Of a stretch of 64,000 bases of DNA, positions 40,304 through 53,569 are shown one piece after another. Source of the stretch: Antechinus flavipes (taxonomy: Eukaryota); assembly GCF_016432865.1 (NCBI RefSeq), contig NC_067399.1:75950001-76014000 (forward strand). Reading direction: 5' to 3'. The notes under the pieces were generated by a model. It made no database searches and had not been told where the DNA came from. It saw only the letters and a program-made list of their open reading frames with translations. Made by a program: the position numbers and the translations under genes. Positions within the stretch are counted from its first letter, which is position 1. Each line of letters starts with the position of its first letter.

Positions 40304-41263
40304 ATGAAGCAAGATGAAAATAGGAACCAAACCATTATTTCTGAATTCATTCTCCTGGGCCTGCCTATCCAACCAGAGCTAAAGGCCATTGTCTATGCTT
40401 TCTTCCTGGCCATGTACCTAACTACAGTCCTCGGGAACATGCTCATTATACTCTTGATTTCTCTGGATTCTCGCCTACACACACCCATGTATCTGTTCCT
40501 CAGAAATCTGTCCTTCTCTGACATGTGCTTCTCTTCTGTGACCATTCCCAAACTGTTGATAAATATGCAGAGCATGAAACCAGTCATCCCTTATCCTGGA
40601 TGCCTGACCCAGATGTACTTCTTCCTTTTCTTTGGAGAGCTGGAGAGCTTTCTGTTGGTGGCCATGGCTTATGATCGCTATGTGGCCATCTGTTACCCAT
40701 TGCACTACACAGTCATGATGAGCCCCAAGCTATGCAGATCTCTTGTGGTGCTCTCCTGGGTCCTAACTACCCTTCATGCAATGCTTCATACCCTGCTCAT
40801 GTCTCGAGTATCTTTCTGTGATAACAACATTATCCCCCACTTCTTCTGTGACATGTCTGCCCTTCTGAAACTAGCTTGTTCAGATATCCACATCAATGAG
40901 CTAGTAATATTTGTCATGGGTGGGCTGGTTATCGTTGTACCATTCCTGCTAATTGTCACATCCTATACTCGTATCCTCTCTTCTATCCTCCGGGTGCCCT
41001 CTGTGAGGGGCATCCGCAAGGCTTTTTCTACTTGTGGTTCCCACCTATCAGTGGTCTCTCTCTTCTATGGGACAATTATTGGACTCTACTTGTGCCCTTC
41101 AGCCAATAATTCCACATTAAAGGAAACAATCATGTCAATCATGTACACTGTGGTAACACCAATGCTAAACCCCTTCATCTATAGTCTGAGGAATCAAGAC
41201 ATGAAAGGGGCCTTCAAGAAACTCCTAGAAGGAAGAAAATTTTCCAACATCCTAGCACTCTGA
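40304..41263 (+). CDS. OR1E-like: Olfactory receptor OR1E-like (OR3), 319 aa, intact
   Basis: All OR motifs present; ATG after T-rich acceptor tttttag. Confidence 0.96.
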   Translation: MKQDENRNQTIISEFILLGLPIQPELKAIVYAFFLAMYLTTVLGNMLIILLISLDSRLHTPMYLFLRNLSFSDMCFSSVTIPKLLINMQSMKPVIPYPGCLTQMYFFLFFGELESFLLVAMAYDRYVAICYPLHYTVMMSPKLCRSLVVLSWVLTTLHAMLHTLLMSRVSFCDNNIIPHFFCDMSALLKLACSDIHINELVIFVMGGLVIVVPFLLIVTSYTRILSSILRVPSVRGIRKAFSTCGSHLSVVSLFYGTIIGLYLCPSANNSTLKETIMSIMYTVVTPMLNPFIYSLRNQDMKGAFKKLLEGRKFSNILAL

Positions 41264-41869
41264 TACTGAAGCTTCTAACATAACTCTTTAAAATTACAAT
41301 GATATTGTGTAATATAATAATAATGTAGAAACTAGAAAAATATCCTATATGGTCTCTTTGCTTCCTTTCCTCCCATTCATTCCTATGTATTCTACATTAC
41401 CAGAGTATTCTTCCTTAAAACCCCTTCTATTACATTCCTCACCTACTCAGATATTTTACATTATTTTAAGACTGACTTTTTCTTTCTTCTCTCCCCCTGT
41501 TCCTTGTACTTGCAACCAGACCATCACAGTTCCTATTGCTATCCCTCCTATTATCTACTTTCCCAGATGAAATGCTCTCCTCTCTTTTTTTCAACATTCT
41601 ATACCCTTTAAAGTACAGTTTAAATTCTCCTATATGGATTTATTTTTAAATCATTTTAAAAACATTAGTTACATTGTATTATTTCCTACATTAGGTACAG
41701 CTCTCATGTCTTCTCAACCATTCCTGACTGAAGTGATTGAATCTCTCCTCCAGATCCCCAAAAGTCACTAAATTTAGCAATTCTTTATGTCCAAATCTCC
41801 TTTTAGGATGCAAGCATAATTCTACCTAGATATGAGAGTGCTATCATTGTTTGGGAGGAGAGAAAAGAA

Positions 41870-43630
41870 TTCTTAACTAAAGAATTTTAATTTAGAGTAT
41901 TTTTCCAAACAACATGTCAAGACAATTTTTAGCATTAATTTTTACCAGATTTTTGAGTTCCAAATTTTTCTCCCACTTTCCCTCCACCTTCATTCTTCCA
42001 AAAATGGTAGGCAATTTGATAAAGATTATACATGTGCTATCATATAAAACATACTTTCATATTAGTCGCAATTGTGAAAAAAGAAATAGATCAAAAAGAA
42101 AAAAACAATAATAATAAGAATAGAATATGTGATAAAATATGCTTCTCTCTACATTGAGTCCATTGGTTCTTTGTCTGGATATAGAGTATAACATTTTTCT
42201 AAATGAGTCCTTTATATTTGTCTTCAATCATTGTACTGCTAAGAAGAACTGAGTTATTAATAGCTGATTACTATGCAATGTTGCTGATAAATGTTTTCCT
42301 GGTTCTACTCATTTCATTTGGATCATTTTATACATCTTTCCAGCTTTTTCTGAAATCTGCTTGCTTATTATTTCTTACTGCACAATAGTTTTCCATTACA
42401 GTTATATATGACAGCAATTCTCCAATTGATAGGTATCCTCTCAATTTCCAATTATTTGCTACCTACTATATATATATTTGCATATGTAGGGCATTTTCCT
42501 TTTTCAAATTATCTCTTTGGGATAGGAATTTTGTAGTGCTATTGCTGGATCAAAGAGTGTACATAGTTTAGTTGTCCTTTGGGCATAGTTCCAAATTGCT
42601 CTACAGAATAGTTGTTTCAGTTTGCTGCTCCACCAATAGTGCATGAGTGTCCTAATTTTCCCTATCTTCTCCAACAGTCATCATTTTCCTTTTTTGTCAT
42701 ATTGACCAATCTGACAGGCATATGGTAATACCTCAAAGCTGTTTTAATTTGCATTTTTCCAATTAAAAGTGATTTATAGCACTTCTTCATATGCCTATAG
42801 ATAGTTTTGATGTCTTCATTTGAAAACCACCTGTTCATATTCTTTGACCATTTATCAATTGAGGAATGTTTTGTTTTCTTATAAACTTGACTCAATTTTC
42901 TCTATATATGAATTCTTTATCAGAAACACTAACTATAAAGATTGTTTCCCAGATTTCAGCTTCCCTTTTAATCTTAGTTTCAATAGTTTCATTTATACAA
43001 AAGCTTTTTAATTTAATAGAATCACAATTATGTATTTCACATGTTTTTTAGTGTTCTCTATCTCATTTGGTCACCAATTCTTTCCTTCTACATAGATCTG
43101 AAAGATAGGCTATTACTTGTTCTTCCATTTTACTTATGGTATCACCCTTTCTATCCCATTTTGACTTTATCTCAGAATAGACTATGATATAACTTTTGTT
43201 CTATACCTTTTTTGTATTCTATTATTATTCAGTTTTTCCAGCAGTTTTTGTCAAATAGTGTGTTCTTATCTCAAAAGCTGAGGTCTTTGGGTTTTTCAAA
43301 CACTAAGTTAATATGGCCATCTGCTATTAATGTGTCTTGTGTACATAAGCTCTTCTAGTAATCTACCATAAATCTATTTCTTAACCAGTGCCACATGATT
43401 TTGATGATTACTTCTTTACAATATAATTTGATATCTGATCTTGCTAGACCACCTACTGTTGTTTTTTCAATTAATTCTCTTGAAATTCTTGACTTTTTGT
43501 TATTCCAGATGAATTGTTATTTTTTTCTAGCTCTCCAAATAATTGAGCTTTTTCTATTTTTTTTATTTTTCTATTATTTTCTATTAAAATTAAAATAATT
43601 TTTGGCAGTTTGATTGGTTAAAACAGTTTA
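41870..43630 (-). mobile_element. Antisense L1 3'UTR/ORF2-end fragments
   Basis: Reverse-strand ORF 42662-42895 (MQIKTALRYYHMPVRL) is the L1 ORF2 C-domain; boundaries approximate. Confidence 0.75.
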
Positions 43631-44740
43631 ATTTAAACAATACTTTTCAACATACCATGCCTAAGACAACTTTCTAAAAATATGATTCTCAGACAGGTTG
43701 CTTCTCTCCATTGCTTGAGAAAATTTCCATTATTATAGATACCATGATACCATGAACCAAATTACTTTTAAAAAATATAAAAAACAAAATTTAAAAATAA
43801 AGACATCTAAGTAATATTCAATGACTTGTCTTTATATGTAAATTGTCAAAAAAATTAATGATTTATTTTTTTTAATATTGTAAAAGTGATAGAATATAGG
43901 TTGAACCAGAGGGCTATTAAGCTCTCTTTAAAATCTGAAACTCCATGATTCTGCACTTTTATAATTCTGACAAAGTTTATCTAAACACTAAGTTCTGTAG
44001 TGATATTTTTACTCTATACTTTCTATTTAAGAAGATTAAGCCTATCTAATATGATTTACCTCATCTATATCTCAAGCTATCTTCTCATATTTTCTTCTTT
44101 TTTTTCCTTTTAGTCTCTCCTAATAAAGTTGCCCATCCAAAGGACTTAATTCCTTCCATTCCAACTCCTTCAGCCTTGCTTAATCTCTTATCATCATCTC
44201 TTCCTCCTCCTCCTCCTCATTCTTCTTTTCCCTGTTTCACCCCTTCCCTGTTCTCTCCCTCCATCTCTGTCTGCATGTTTATTTTTCTCTCAGTCTAATC
44301 CCAGCACCCATATCTCCTTGTACTGACACCTTATTTTGGCTACTGGCTTCTTATTTGAGCTTTGAATGCTTCTTTGAATATTTCATTATTACTAAATTTT
44401 TCCCATGTGACTCTCTTGTCTTCCACAGGTAGAATGTATGATCCTTTAGAATGGGACTTCTTAATTGCTTTGATGCAATGAACACCCTGAACCACCTATA
44501 GATTCCTGCTCAGAATTACATTGTGAAGCAAATAAGATAAAATACCCTAGTGTAATAAAGGACACTAATTATATTGGGATAGAATTACCATTTTTTTAAA
44601 TCCATGCATCTCAGCTTAAAAGCCCCTAATTTATAATAAAAATAACCACAATAGCTCACATTTATGGAGTGCATTATTATTAACAAAGAGCTTTATGTAT
44701 GTTAATTTATTTGATCTTCACACCTTGCCTCTGGAATAAG

Positions 44741-46808
44741 TGTAAAGTTCTTTGGGAGCAGGTTTCTTGGGGGCTTCTGGAAGTAGCCTTCATTTCAATT
44801 CAGAGTGATCACCACAAGAGTTGTCAGAAGTTAAAGTCCAAATCCTTTATTATGTCTTTCAAAGTCTTATCCCCTTTCCTGGGGCCCAATTAGCTTTCTT
44901 AGAAGCCTATCTCTCTCCTTGGTTCTGAGAGCTTGACCTCCTGCCACTAATCCTTGCCTCTGCCAGCTTCTCTCCAAATCTACCTGACTGAGGCTTCTAG
45001 CTTATATGCTCTGAGTATAAACCAATCATTATATCACTAGGAAATCATTATTTGTTGTAGGATTAAATCAGTGCTAAACTAGATTTAGTCATTGTCACCT
45101 CAATTCCACTTAGTACCTTGTTTCAAGTTCTGGCCCATAACATCTCCCACTTTTTTTTGATTTTAGAACATAGGTGGTCATGACCTCCCTGACTTCTCAA
45201 GAAGGTGAGAACCCCAAATAAGGAAGTGATCACACCCTCCCTGACTGCCCAAAAAGGGGGTGAGAACACCATAAAAGGAGGTGATCATACCCTCCCTGAC
45301 ATCTCAGGAAGGGAGATGAAAACACCAAAGGAAATGGGGAATCAAATCAGATAAGTGGGTTTTTGAAGGGTCTCATTTGAAACAAATATACATAACATCA
45401 ACATGGGAGGTATTACACATAATTACATAAATTACATAAGCATATAGTAACACAGGCTAGTAGTGATGTAATAAATAACATGAATCAACATGAAGATTTA
45501 TACATGTCCATAAGTCCTAGAAATAGTCCAAAACCAATCCATTATTGTCCATTACTTCACATGTGTAGAGAATCCAATGATTCCTGCAAGTTTTGAAGTC
45601 CTGCAATATTCTCACCATGTGTCAGGGAATCCAATGATTCCTGCTGGTTCTGAAGTTCTGTAACAGTCTTATGAACAATTTTTCATCTCAGGAACTCCAT
45701 TGATTCTTGCTGGTTTTGAAGTTCTGTAACAGTCTCATTATCAGCCATGTTCTTTCAGTATCAGATATTTCTTTCAGTGTCAGAAGGTCGTCTTTGTTTT
45801 GAGGTTTTTCTTTTTTTTCTATCTCTCTCCAATGGACGAGACAAATACGGCTCATTGGCACCCATCTGATTCTTTCTCCATCTGTAGAGATACAAGTAAA
45901 CCTTCTCCCCCAAGCAGTTAAATTGTGGTCCCTTCCATTCACCACTTTCTCGATCTCTCCACATCACCTGGTGATTATCTAAAGATAGTAGAGCTGCTCA
46001 CACTGGACACTGCCCTTCTGTTGGGTTATAAGACCTGTCTGCCGGAACAGTGCATCGTTACCAAAAATTTAAAAATTCATGGTATAGAGAGCTAAATTTA
46101 GAAGTTCTCTAGGGTTACCTGTGCCCCCCCCTTTCTTTTGTTTTTGGAGGAATGTCTTAATGTCTTAATGTCTCTATTTCTCCTCTCTACTATTGACCTT
46201 GAGGATTAAAAGGTATGCCAGTGGTGTGTAAAATCTGATACTGGGCACAAAAGTGTGCAAAATGTTTAGAAATATATGCAGGTCCATTATCTGTTTTTAT
46301 TGCTTGTGGCACACCCATAATTGCAAAAGCTTGTATAAGAAATTCAGTGACCACTCGGGCTTTCTCTTTGGCTGCTGGTTTTAAAGCCCACATTGGGCAC
46401 CAAAATGTGAAGTTTTTTTGGAGCAGGTTTCTTGGGGGCTTCTGGAAGCAGCCTTCTTTTCAGTTCAGAGTAATCACCATAGGAGTTGCCAGGAGTTAAA
46501 ATCTAAATCCTTTATCATTTCATTCAAAGTCTTATCCCCTTTCCTGGGGCCCGATTAGCTTTCTTAGAGGCCTATCTCTGTCCTTGGTTCTGAGAGCTTG
46601 AGCTCCTGCCACCAATCCTTTGCCTCTGCCAGCTTCTCTTCAAATCTACCTGACTGAAGCTTCTAGCTTATAGGCTCTGAGTATAAACCAATTATTATAT
46701 CACTAGGAAACCATTATTTGTTGTAGGATTAAATCAATGCTAAACTAGATTTAGTTATTGTCTCCTCAATTCCACTTAATACCTTGTTTCAAGTTCTGGC
46801 CCATAACA
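44741..46808 (-). mobile_element. Internally deleted class II (beta-like) ERV provirus: 5'LTR-PBS-integrase remnant-repeats-PPT-3'LTR
   Basis: 5'LTR 46406-46808, 3'LTR 44741-45142; PBS tggtgcccaatgtggg (tRNA-Lys-type) at ~46387-46402; PPT aaaaaaaagtgggaga before the 3'LTR; IN core AIKTDNGPAY...GIPFNPQGQ and C-terminal WKGP...WGR. Confidence 0.9.
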
Positions 46809-47015
46809 GATAGATGCTCTTATCATCCTTATTTTTCAGATAAGAAAACTGGAGTTAAGAGATGTCAAATGACTTGCCCAGGTTCACACTGATAGTCAGT
46901 GTCTGAGTCAAGATTTTAATTCAAGCCTTTTTGACTCTAACTCTAGGGCTTTATTCACTGCACCAAGTCAATCACCAATATCAATAAAGAACATTAACAT
47001 ATCTCTGTATGGTTA

Positions 47016-47705
47016 TGATGAGGGTGAACCCTGAAACTGTGTCCCCTTTAATCTGTAAAAGAAGGGAGATTCGGGGTCTCAAGCTCTCCCCTGGGAAAAG
47101 AATATCTCTCTCAGACAATGCCCTCTTAAGTGGTTTCATTCAATTGGAAATCTTGAAGGAAAATTTTGCATCCTCTATTGAGTTGAAGATTAGCCTAGGA
47201 CCACTCCCAATCCCACTTAAGTGGTCTTAGTTGGAGATCTTGGCCTAATATTCCTATTGAGTGGCTTGAAACTCCAAGATAAGTCCTCTTTTTTCAACTG
47301 GAAATCTAGGCCTGGAGGCCTTGACAACATTGAGGGATTCTCATTCAATTCTGAATGGAAACCCTAACCTCAGACAGCTAATTAAAGACAATTCTGAACT
47401 CCAAATCTCTGCAGGAGTCTGAAACAGGAATTAGCTTTGTCAAGGAAACTCTCTTCTTGGCAAAGCTGCCTGTTGGGACTCTTGCCCACTGTGAAGTTGG
47501 TTCTCTTCTCAGTGTTAACCTTTGCCATTTTCCCTAACAGGACTTTACCCATTGAGAAGTCTGTCTTGCAAATCTCGCTTCTCAGTGCTAATAAAAATTC
47601 CTTTTGCCATCCAGATTTCGGGTTTGTGAATTTTTTTGCATTGTATCTGAATCTCCAACCACAGGGGATTCCCCACTTCAATTCTCTACCACTAGTACCA
47701 CATCA
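47016..47705 (+). mobile_element. Solo LTR (690 bp), ERV1-like
   Basis: TGATGAGG...CATCA ends, 4-bp TSD gtta (47012-47015; 47706-47709), AATAAA near 47587. Confidence 0.8.
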
Positions 47706-48519
47706 GTTAAGAAGCATTTTTGCATCATTGTTTCTTAGGATCCTCCCAAATCTTTAAGGTAAATAATTCAAGTGTTGTTATCACTCTATTTTTAATAGAG
47801 TAAATAACTGAGGCTCAATGAACTGAAATAATTTTCCAAAGATCACATAGCCAGTAACCAGCAGGGATAGAATCAGAAGGTCTTCTCCCTCATAATCAAT
47901 CAGTAAATGATGTGAATTCTAAACCAGTTATTCTCAGGAATTGCTAAAACTGGCCCATGCTGTTCCCATTATTGATTATTATAAAATAAGTTTTTCCAGG
48001 TTGTCTTCAGCATAAAATCAAGTTGGAGCTTTGGAATCAGTTCTAGGTCTCCCATCATTAGTATTCCAATCTCTGAAACTGCCTTGATTAGCATATCATT
48101 AAATAACCAAACTCCTCCCTGGATCCTGCCCTTGTTCCTCCTCAATTTGAGATTTTAAAATTGATTTCCCCAAAAATAGCATGCTGCTTAATCAGAGTGA
48201 CTCTGCCTTGCTAAGTCACATTTGGTTAAGTCTATGAGCTATTTCATATAATAAATTGCAATGCTCTGTAACCTGTAATAGATATCTCTGACCTAATTTC
48301 TTTGTGTCACTAATCATTACGCACTCCCAAATCTATTTTGTATTTCTATTCATATGTCTAGCATTTATTGTGGAAATATATTTCTTTCTGAGAATACAAG
48401 TAAACTATTATCTGGGTCAGGTCCAAAGAATTAAGGTTACACAGGGGAAGGGGAGTGTTATTATTTTCAGTCTGGAATCTATTCAGCTTTTTTTTTTAAT
48501 CTTCTAAAGTGCCCATTGG

Positions 48520-49383
48520 AGTCATCTTGCCACCACACACAAATACTGAGCCAAGGAATTAAGTACATAAACAGAATGCATGATACTGATGGGATTTGGA
48601 ATCAAATGATATAATGTGAGAGCAATTGCTGGTCCCAAATGATGCGATCTAAAGTTCAGCACCAAATATTGAGCTTGATGTGGGCACCAAATTTTGGGGT
48701 TCAATCAAGTGACCAGGGCCATTGTCTTTGACAAAAGGTAGATTTATTTAGGCAATTACAGGCAAAATGAAAAAATGCAAAAGACACCAAGAATAGTAAA
48801 TATGAAATATCATTGGGAGGGCATCTTGGCAACAAGGAAAGAGGTTTTAACAATTAATGATGAAAAAGACAAGTTCCCTGTGGAACTCACAATTAACCAG
48901 CAGAAAGAGAACATCCCATGAGGTTGGAATATGGCAGACTTTAGCAAAAAAAAAAAAAAAAGATTTAGCTGGCAGGCTAAATAGCACAAAATATTTAGCA
49001 TCCTAAAAGAGTTAGTTAGCTATAAGGAGAAAGAATAGAGGCATGGTAGAGGATGAAAGGAGGGACACCACATGAGATGTGGAAGGAAGGGGAGAAGAGA
49101 TACCATGAGGCAGAGTGTCATGATGGGCTATAAACCAAAAGGGATTCAGCAAAGATGGCATGAGCCATGGACATATTTATTGGGGAAATTCAATCTCAGG
49201 GATTTGATATTATTTGGATTTCTGACCAAACATAACAAGTAAGGCTACCCACAACCTCCACAAAGGGTTGGACTTTGGGATTAAACTGATCCCTATCAGT
49301 GTCCTTCCCTGCCTCCCCAAGACACAATCCCATCAATAATCCAGTCCTCTTCAAATCGCACACAGTTATTCAGGACCTCATCA
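48520..49383 (-). mobile_element. 5' LTR (48695-49383) with PBS-like tggtgcccac (48680-48689) and short leader remnant
   Basis: Starts tgatgaggtcctgaata and ends ...ttgaacccca; homologous to 55540-56177. Confidence 0.7.
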
Positions 49384-51258
49384 TTTATCCATTGTTTTAA
49401 TTTGCTAAAGAAATCTTTTGAAAAGTGAGTTGAGGGTCCCTAAATAGAATGGAATCTAAGGAACCAATACTGAAATTTTAGGGGCCAAATCCAGGGACAC
49501 TCGTTAAGTAATGTCCAGAAGCTGGAAATAAAATACAATGAACTGTGGGATTCCAATGCTACAGAAATGAATTGAAGCCAAAGTTTGGTGCCAAGTCAAG
49601 GGTACTAGTTTGTTACCAGAGCAGAAATCACAACAGGGTCAGTTTGCTCTTTAGTGAGGATCCACCCAGACACTGGATAGTATTTTTCTGGGGTCCATTT
49701 GTCCCAACAATACCATAAAAACAACACAAGAATAGAAGGGTAAAGACCTAGATTTTTGTCCTGATTCAACCACTTGCTCATTGTGCAATCCTGATCAAAT
49801 TACTTCCCTTTGGGGGAGAAGAGGAAGGTGAATTTTCCTAAACAATAAAATTTCTTAGAATGACTAAACAGTAAAATTTACTAGAATGACTTAGATCTCT
49901 GCAAAGTTTCCTTCTAGCTCAAAGAATTTTATGAATTTCTGAAAATAAATACATAGAGAAAGAGCTAAAGAGAGATAAGACTAGGTAGTAGTACTTTTTT
50001 CTTCCTTAATATCAACTGAATGTCTTGTATCTCTAGAGAAAATCAGAGACAGTGGTCAAGACAATTCCAGTCATGGTGAAAGAATATGTTGTCAGGAAAT
50101 GCTTGGAGAGGAGCCACTGGTGCTCTAGTTTACAGAAGAAACTCAGAAAACATCAGAACACCAGTTTGGTTTCCCTAGCCCTCATCTCCAGCTCCATGGA
50201 GCAGCAACAATATTCTAGATTTCTGCATAAAGTAACAGAAGACTTATCTCAGAACAAGTGATGAGCAAATGTTGAATGAATGAATGGAATAAATGAATTT
50301 AAAAGTTAGGAATGCATAATAAATTATGAAGAAATTCTGACTTTATATATAGATGTAGCAAGCACCTCTGGGGTTACCAAGGAGATGTGGATGTTACAAA
50401 TGGACACCTGTTGATCAAAATGGAACTCACAGAATTCCTCTACTTGGTCCTCAAAAATTAAAGACAAATACCACCTGAATCAGCCAGACTGTCAATGAAA
50501 AAGTAATTTTCTATCCCAGGGAAAAGTAAGAAATGCACACATGAAAACTGGATATGAATATAAGCACACAAGACAAGGCAAGTTGCTGTAAGGGTGAAAG
50601 CAGGTATTAAAAGTTGATTAACAGATGGGATAAGTACATCATGACTCTAGTTCCTGAAAATTAATCCCTTCAACAAAGATCCAGTATCTAGAATTAGAAA
50701 TGATGACCTAATAGATATTTTCATTTTATATTTGGGGAAATAGATTCCTAGAAAGGTGAGGTGATTTTGCCAGTCACAGAACAGATAAGTTAGAATAGTC
50801 AAGATTAGGTAAAGTTTTGATTCAAAATTAAGCACTCATTCCACTAAAACATAAGCTATCTTTCTTTAATGTTTCCTATATCCCGTAAAAACTTCCCCAG
50901 TTTAAGGAGCTTAGTCCTTTGAATGTCTTTTCTCATTACAGTCTCCCTTAATTTCATCTACTTCCATAGTTTCAATTATTGCCTCCACAAAATTTTACTC
51001 TTAAAAATTACTCTTAAATTTGGGTCTTCACCCATGATATCCTTCCCAAAAAAGCTTAAATTTCACAATTCTAAAAGTCAACTGAAATATGAGGCTGAGT
51101 ATTCCTCCTCTCCACTCCCATCACAACCAGGATTTTAAATCAATATACAAATCATATGGTCAAAAAAGAAATAATTATCTCTGCTTCTAAACCTAACTCC
51201 TCTTCTATTCTCCCTATCTCTATCAAGGGTATCAGCATTTTCAAAGCCAGTTAGTTTT

Positions 51259-51872
51259 TTTTTTCTTTTTTTTTTCTTTTTTTTTTAATTATAGCTTTTT
51301 ATTTACAAGTTATATGCATGGGTAATTTTACAGCATTGACAATTGCCAAACCTTTTGTTCCAATTTTTCCCATCCTTCCCTCCATCTCCCCCATCACTCG
51401 ATGGCAGGTTGAACAATACATGTTAAGTATATTAAAGTATAAATTAAATACAATATAAGCATACATGTCCTAACAATTATTTTGCTGTACAAAAAGAATC
51501 AGAGTTTGAAATAGTGTACTATTAGCCTGTGAAGGAAATCAAAAATGCAGGCAGACAAAAATATAGAGATTGGGAATTCTGTGTAATGGTTCATAGTCAT
51601 TTCCCAGAGTTCTTTTGCTGGGTGTAGCTGGTTCAATTCATTACTGCTCTATTGGAGCTGATTTGGTTCATCTCATTGGTGAAGAGGGCCACGTCCATCA
51701 GAAATGATCATCATATAGTATTGTTGTTGAAGTATATAATGATCTCCTGGTCCTGCTCATTTCACTCAGTATAAGTTCATGTAAGTCTCTTCAAGTCTTT
51801 CTTAAATCATCCTGTTGGTCATTTCTTACCGAACAATAATATTCCATAATATCCATATACCACAATTTATTC
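51259..51872 (-). mobile_element. 5'-truncated L1 3' end
   Basis: Poly-T plus L1 3'UTR; 16-bp TSD aaagcca(g/c)ttagtttt at 51243-51258 and 51874-51889. Confidence 0.88.
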
Positions 51873-52122
51873 AAAAGCCACTTAGTTTTGAACTCTTAGA
51901 CTCGTTTCCTCTCCCTTGTGCCCATCTAATCAATTATTACATTCTATTGATTTTACCTCAATAATAACCCATTCTTTCCCTCTATTCCATTCCTATTATA
52001 ACTATTCTAGTTCTTACTCTCATTGCTTCTCAAATATATGGTCATGACATCCTCCAAATTGGATTCACTGCCTCCAATATTCTTCAATATATACTTCAAA
52101 ACTGTCAAAACAACATGCCTAA

Positions 52123-52850
52123 CTGGAAAATGAATGGATGCCCATCAGTTGGAGAATGGTTGGGTAAATTGTGGTATATGAATGTTATGGAATATTATTG
52201 TTCTGTAAGAAATGACCAGCAGGATGAATACAGAGAGGCTTGGAGAGACTTACATGAACTGATGCTAAGTGAATTGAGCAGAATCAGGAGATCATTATAT
52301 ACCTCAACAACAATACTATATGAGGATGTATTCTGAAGGAAATGGATTTCTTCAACAAAGAGATCTAACTCAGTTTCAATTGATCAAGGATGGACAGAAG
52401 CAGCTACACCCAAAGAAAGAACACTGGGAAACAAATGTAAAAAAAAAATGCATTTTTGTTTTTCTTCCTGGGTTATTTTTTACCTTCTGAATCCAATTCT
52501 TCCTGTGCAACAAGAGAACTTCGGTTCTGCACATATATATTGTATCTAGGATATATGGTGACATATTCAACATGTATAGGACTGCTTGCCATCTGGGGGA
52601 AGAGGTGAAGGGAGGGAAGGGAAAAATCGGAACAGAAGTGAGTGCAAGGGATGATGTTGTAAAAAAAATTACCCAGGCATGGGTTCTGTCAATAAAAAGT
52701 TATAATAAAAAATTTAAAAAAGAAACATATTCCCATGAAATTGGCATAAATGCGTCTTACTGTTATTGCTAAAAATTGTGTGTACTCTGTAACTTTATAG
52801 TTTCAAACAAGAATATTAAATATTAAATCAGTTCAGTTCAAAAAAAAAAA
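52123..52850 (+). mobile_element. 5'-truncated L1 with 3' transduction
   Basis: L1 end with A-rich tail to ~52721, then ~118 bp non-L1 sequence with ATTAAA, then a second A tail; TSD aacatgcctaa at 52112-52122 and 52849-52859. Confidence 0.85.
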
Positions 52851-53017
52851 CATGCCTAAGTGGCATGTCTCATAATGTTACTAACTTTCTCAAACATCTT
52901 CAAAGATATCTTATTGTCTGAATACAAAACCATCTTGGCATTCAAGGACCTTCACAATCCAAATTCTACCTTTATTTTCAAACTTTTGCTTAAAACTTCA
53001 TTTTGCTGTGATGCAAA

Positions 53018-53569
53018 TGATGAAGCTAGTGGTCGAGAATTGGGGTTGAGAATCCCCCCGGTTAGCGCAGGTCCAATGCGGAAGAATTTGCAAACCCAAA
53101 AAGTCTGTATGGAAAAAGGAATTTTTATTGGCACTGAGAATCCAGCTTTATTAGAAAGACAGACTTCTCAGTTTGTAAGATCCTGTCAGGGAAATAACAA
53201 AAGTTAACACTGATAAGAAAATATCTTCACAGTGGACAAGAGTCCTGACAGGCAACTTTGCTAAGAAGAGAGCTTCCTTGGCAAAGCATAATCCTATTTT
53301 GGACTTCCGCAAAGATTTGGAGTTCAGAGTTGTCTTTTATTAACTGTCTGAGGCTTGGGCTCTCATTCAAAATTGAATGAGATTCCTTCAATATTATCAA
53401 TTCTTGGAGCTTAGATCTCTAATAGAAAAGAGATCTCTTATTTTAGGAGTTGAGCTACTGGGACTGGTCCCAGACTAATCTCTAACTGAATGAGACCACT
53501 TAAATGCCCTGAAGGGTGGAGACTCTTTCAAAGGAGAGTCTGGACAGTTTCAGGGTTCACCCCCCCCCA
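53018..53569 (-). mobile_element. Solo LTR related to 47016-47705
   Basis: Shared termini (gggtgaaccctgaaactgt; ...ctaccactag...catca type); no clean TSD. Confidence 0.7.

Larger units (their letters stand above)
35990..42400 (+). repeat. Tandem duplication unit C (OR3)
   Basis: Colinear with units A and B but with a shorter intron and two private LTR insertions; boundaries approximate. Confidence 0.75.

Noticed and set aside
50040-50270. Slightly GC-richer stretch after an acceptor-like AG, with a 69-aa ORF
   Set aside because: No recognisable protein motif, donor or paralogous copy; cannot be supported as an exon.
51259-52721. Divergent inverted pair of L1 3' ends ~250 bp apart as a structured RNA
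   Set aside because: Two independent insertions with their own TSDs and visibly lower identity; common in L1-rich DNA.
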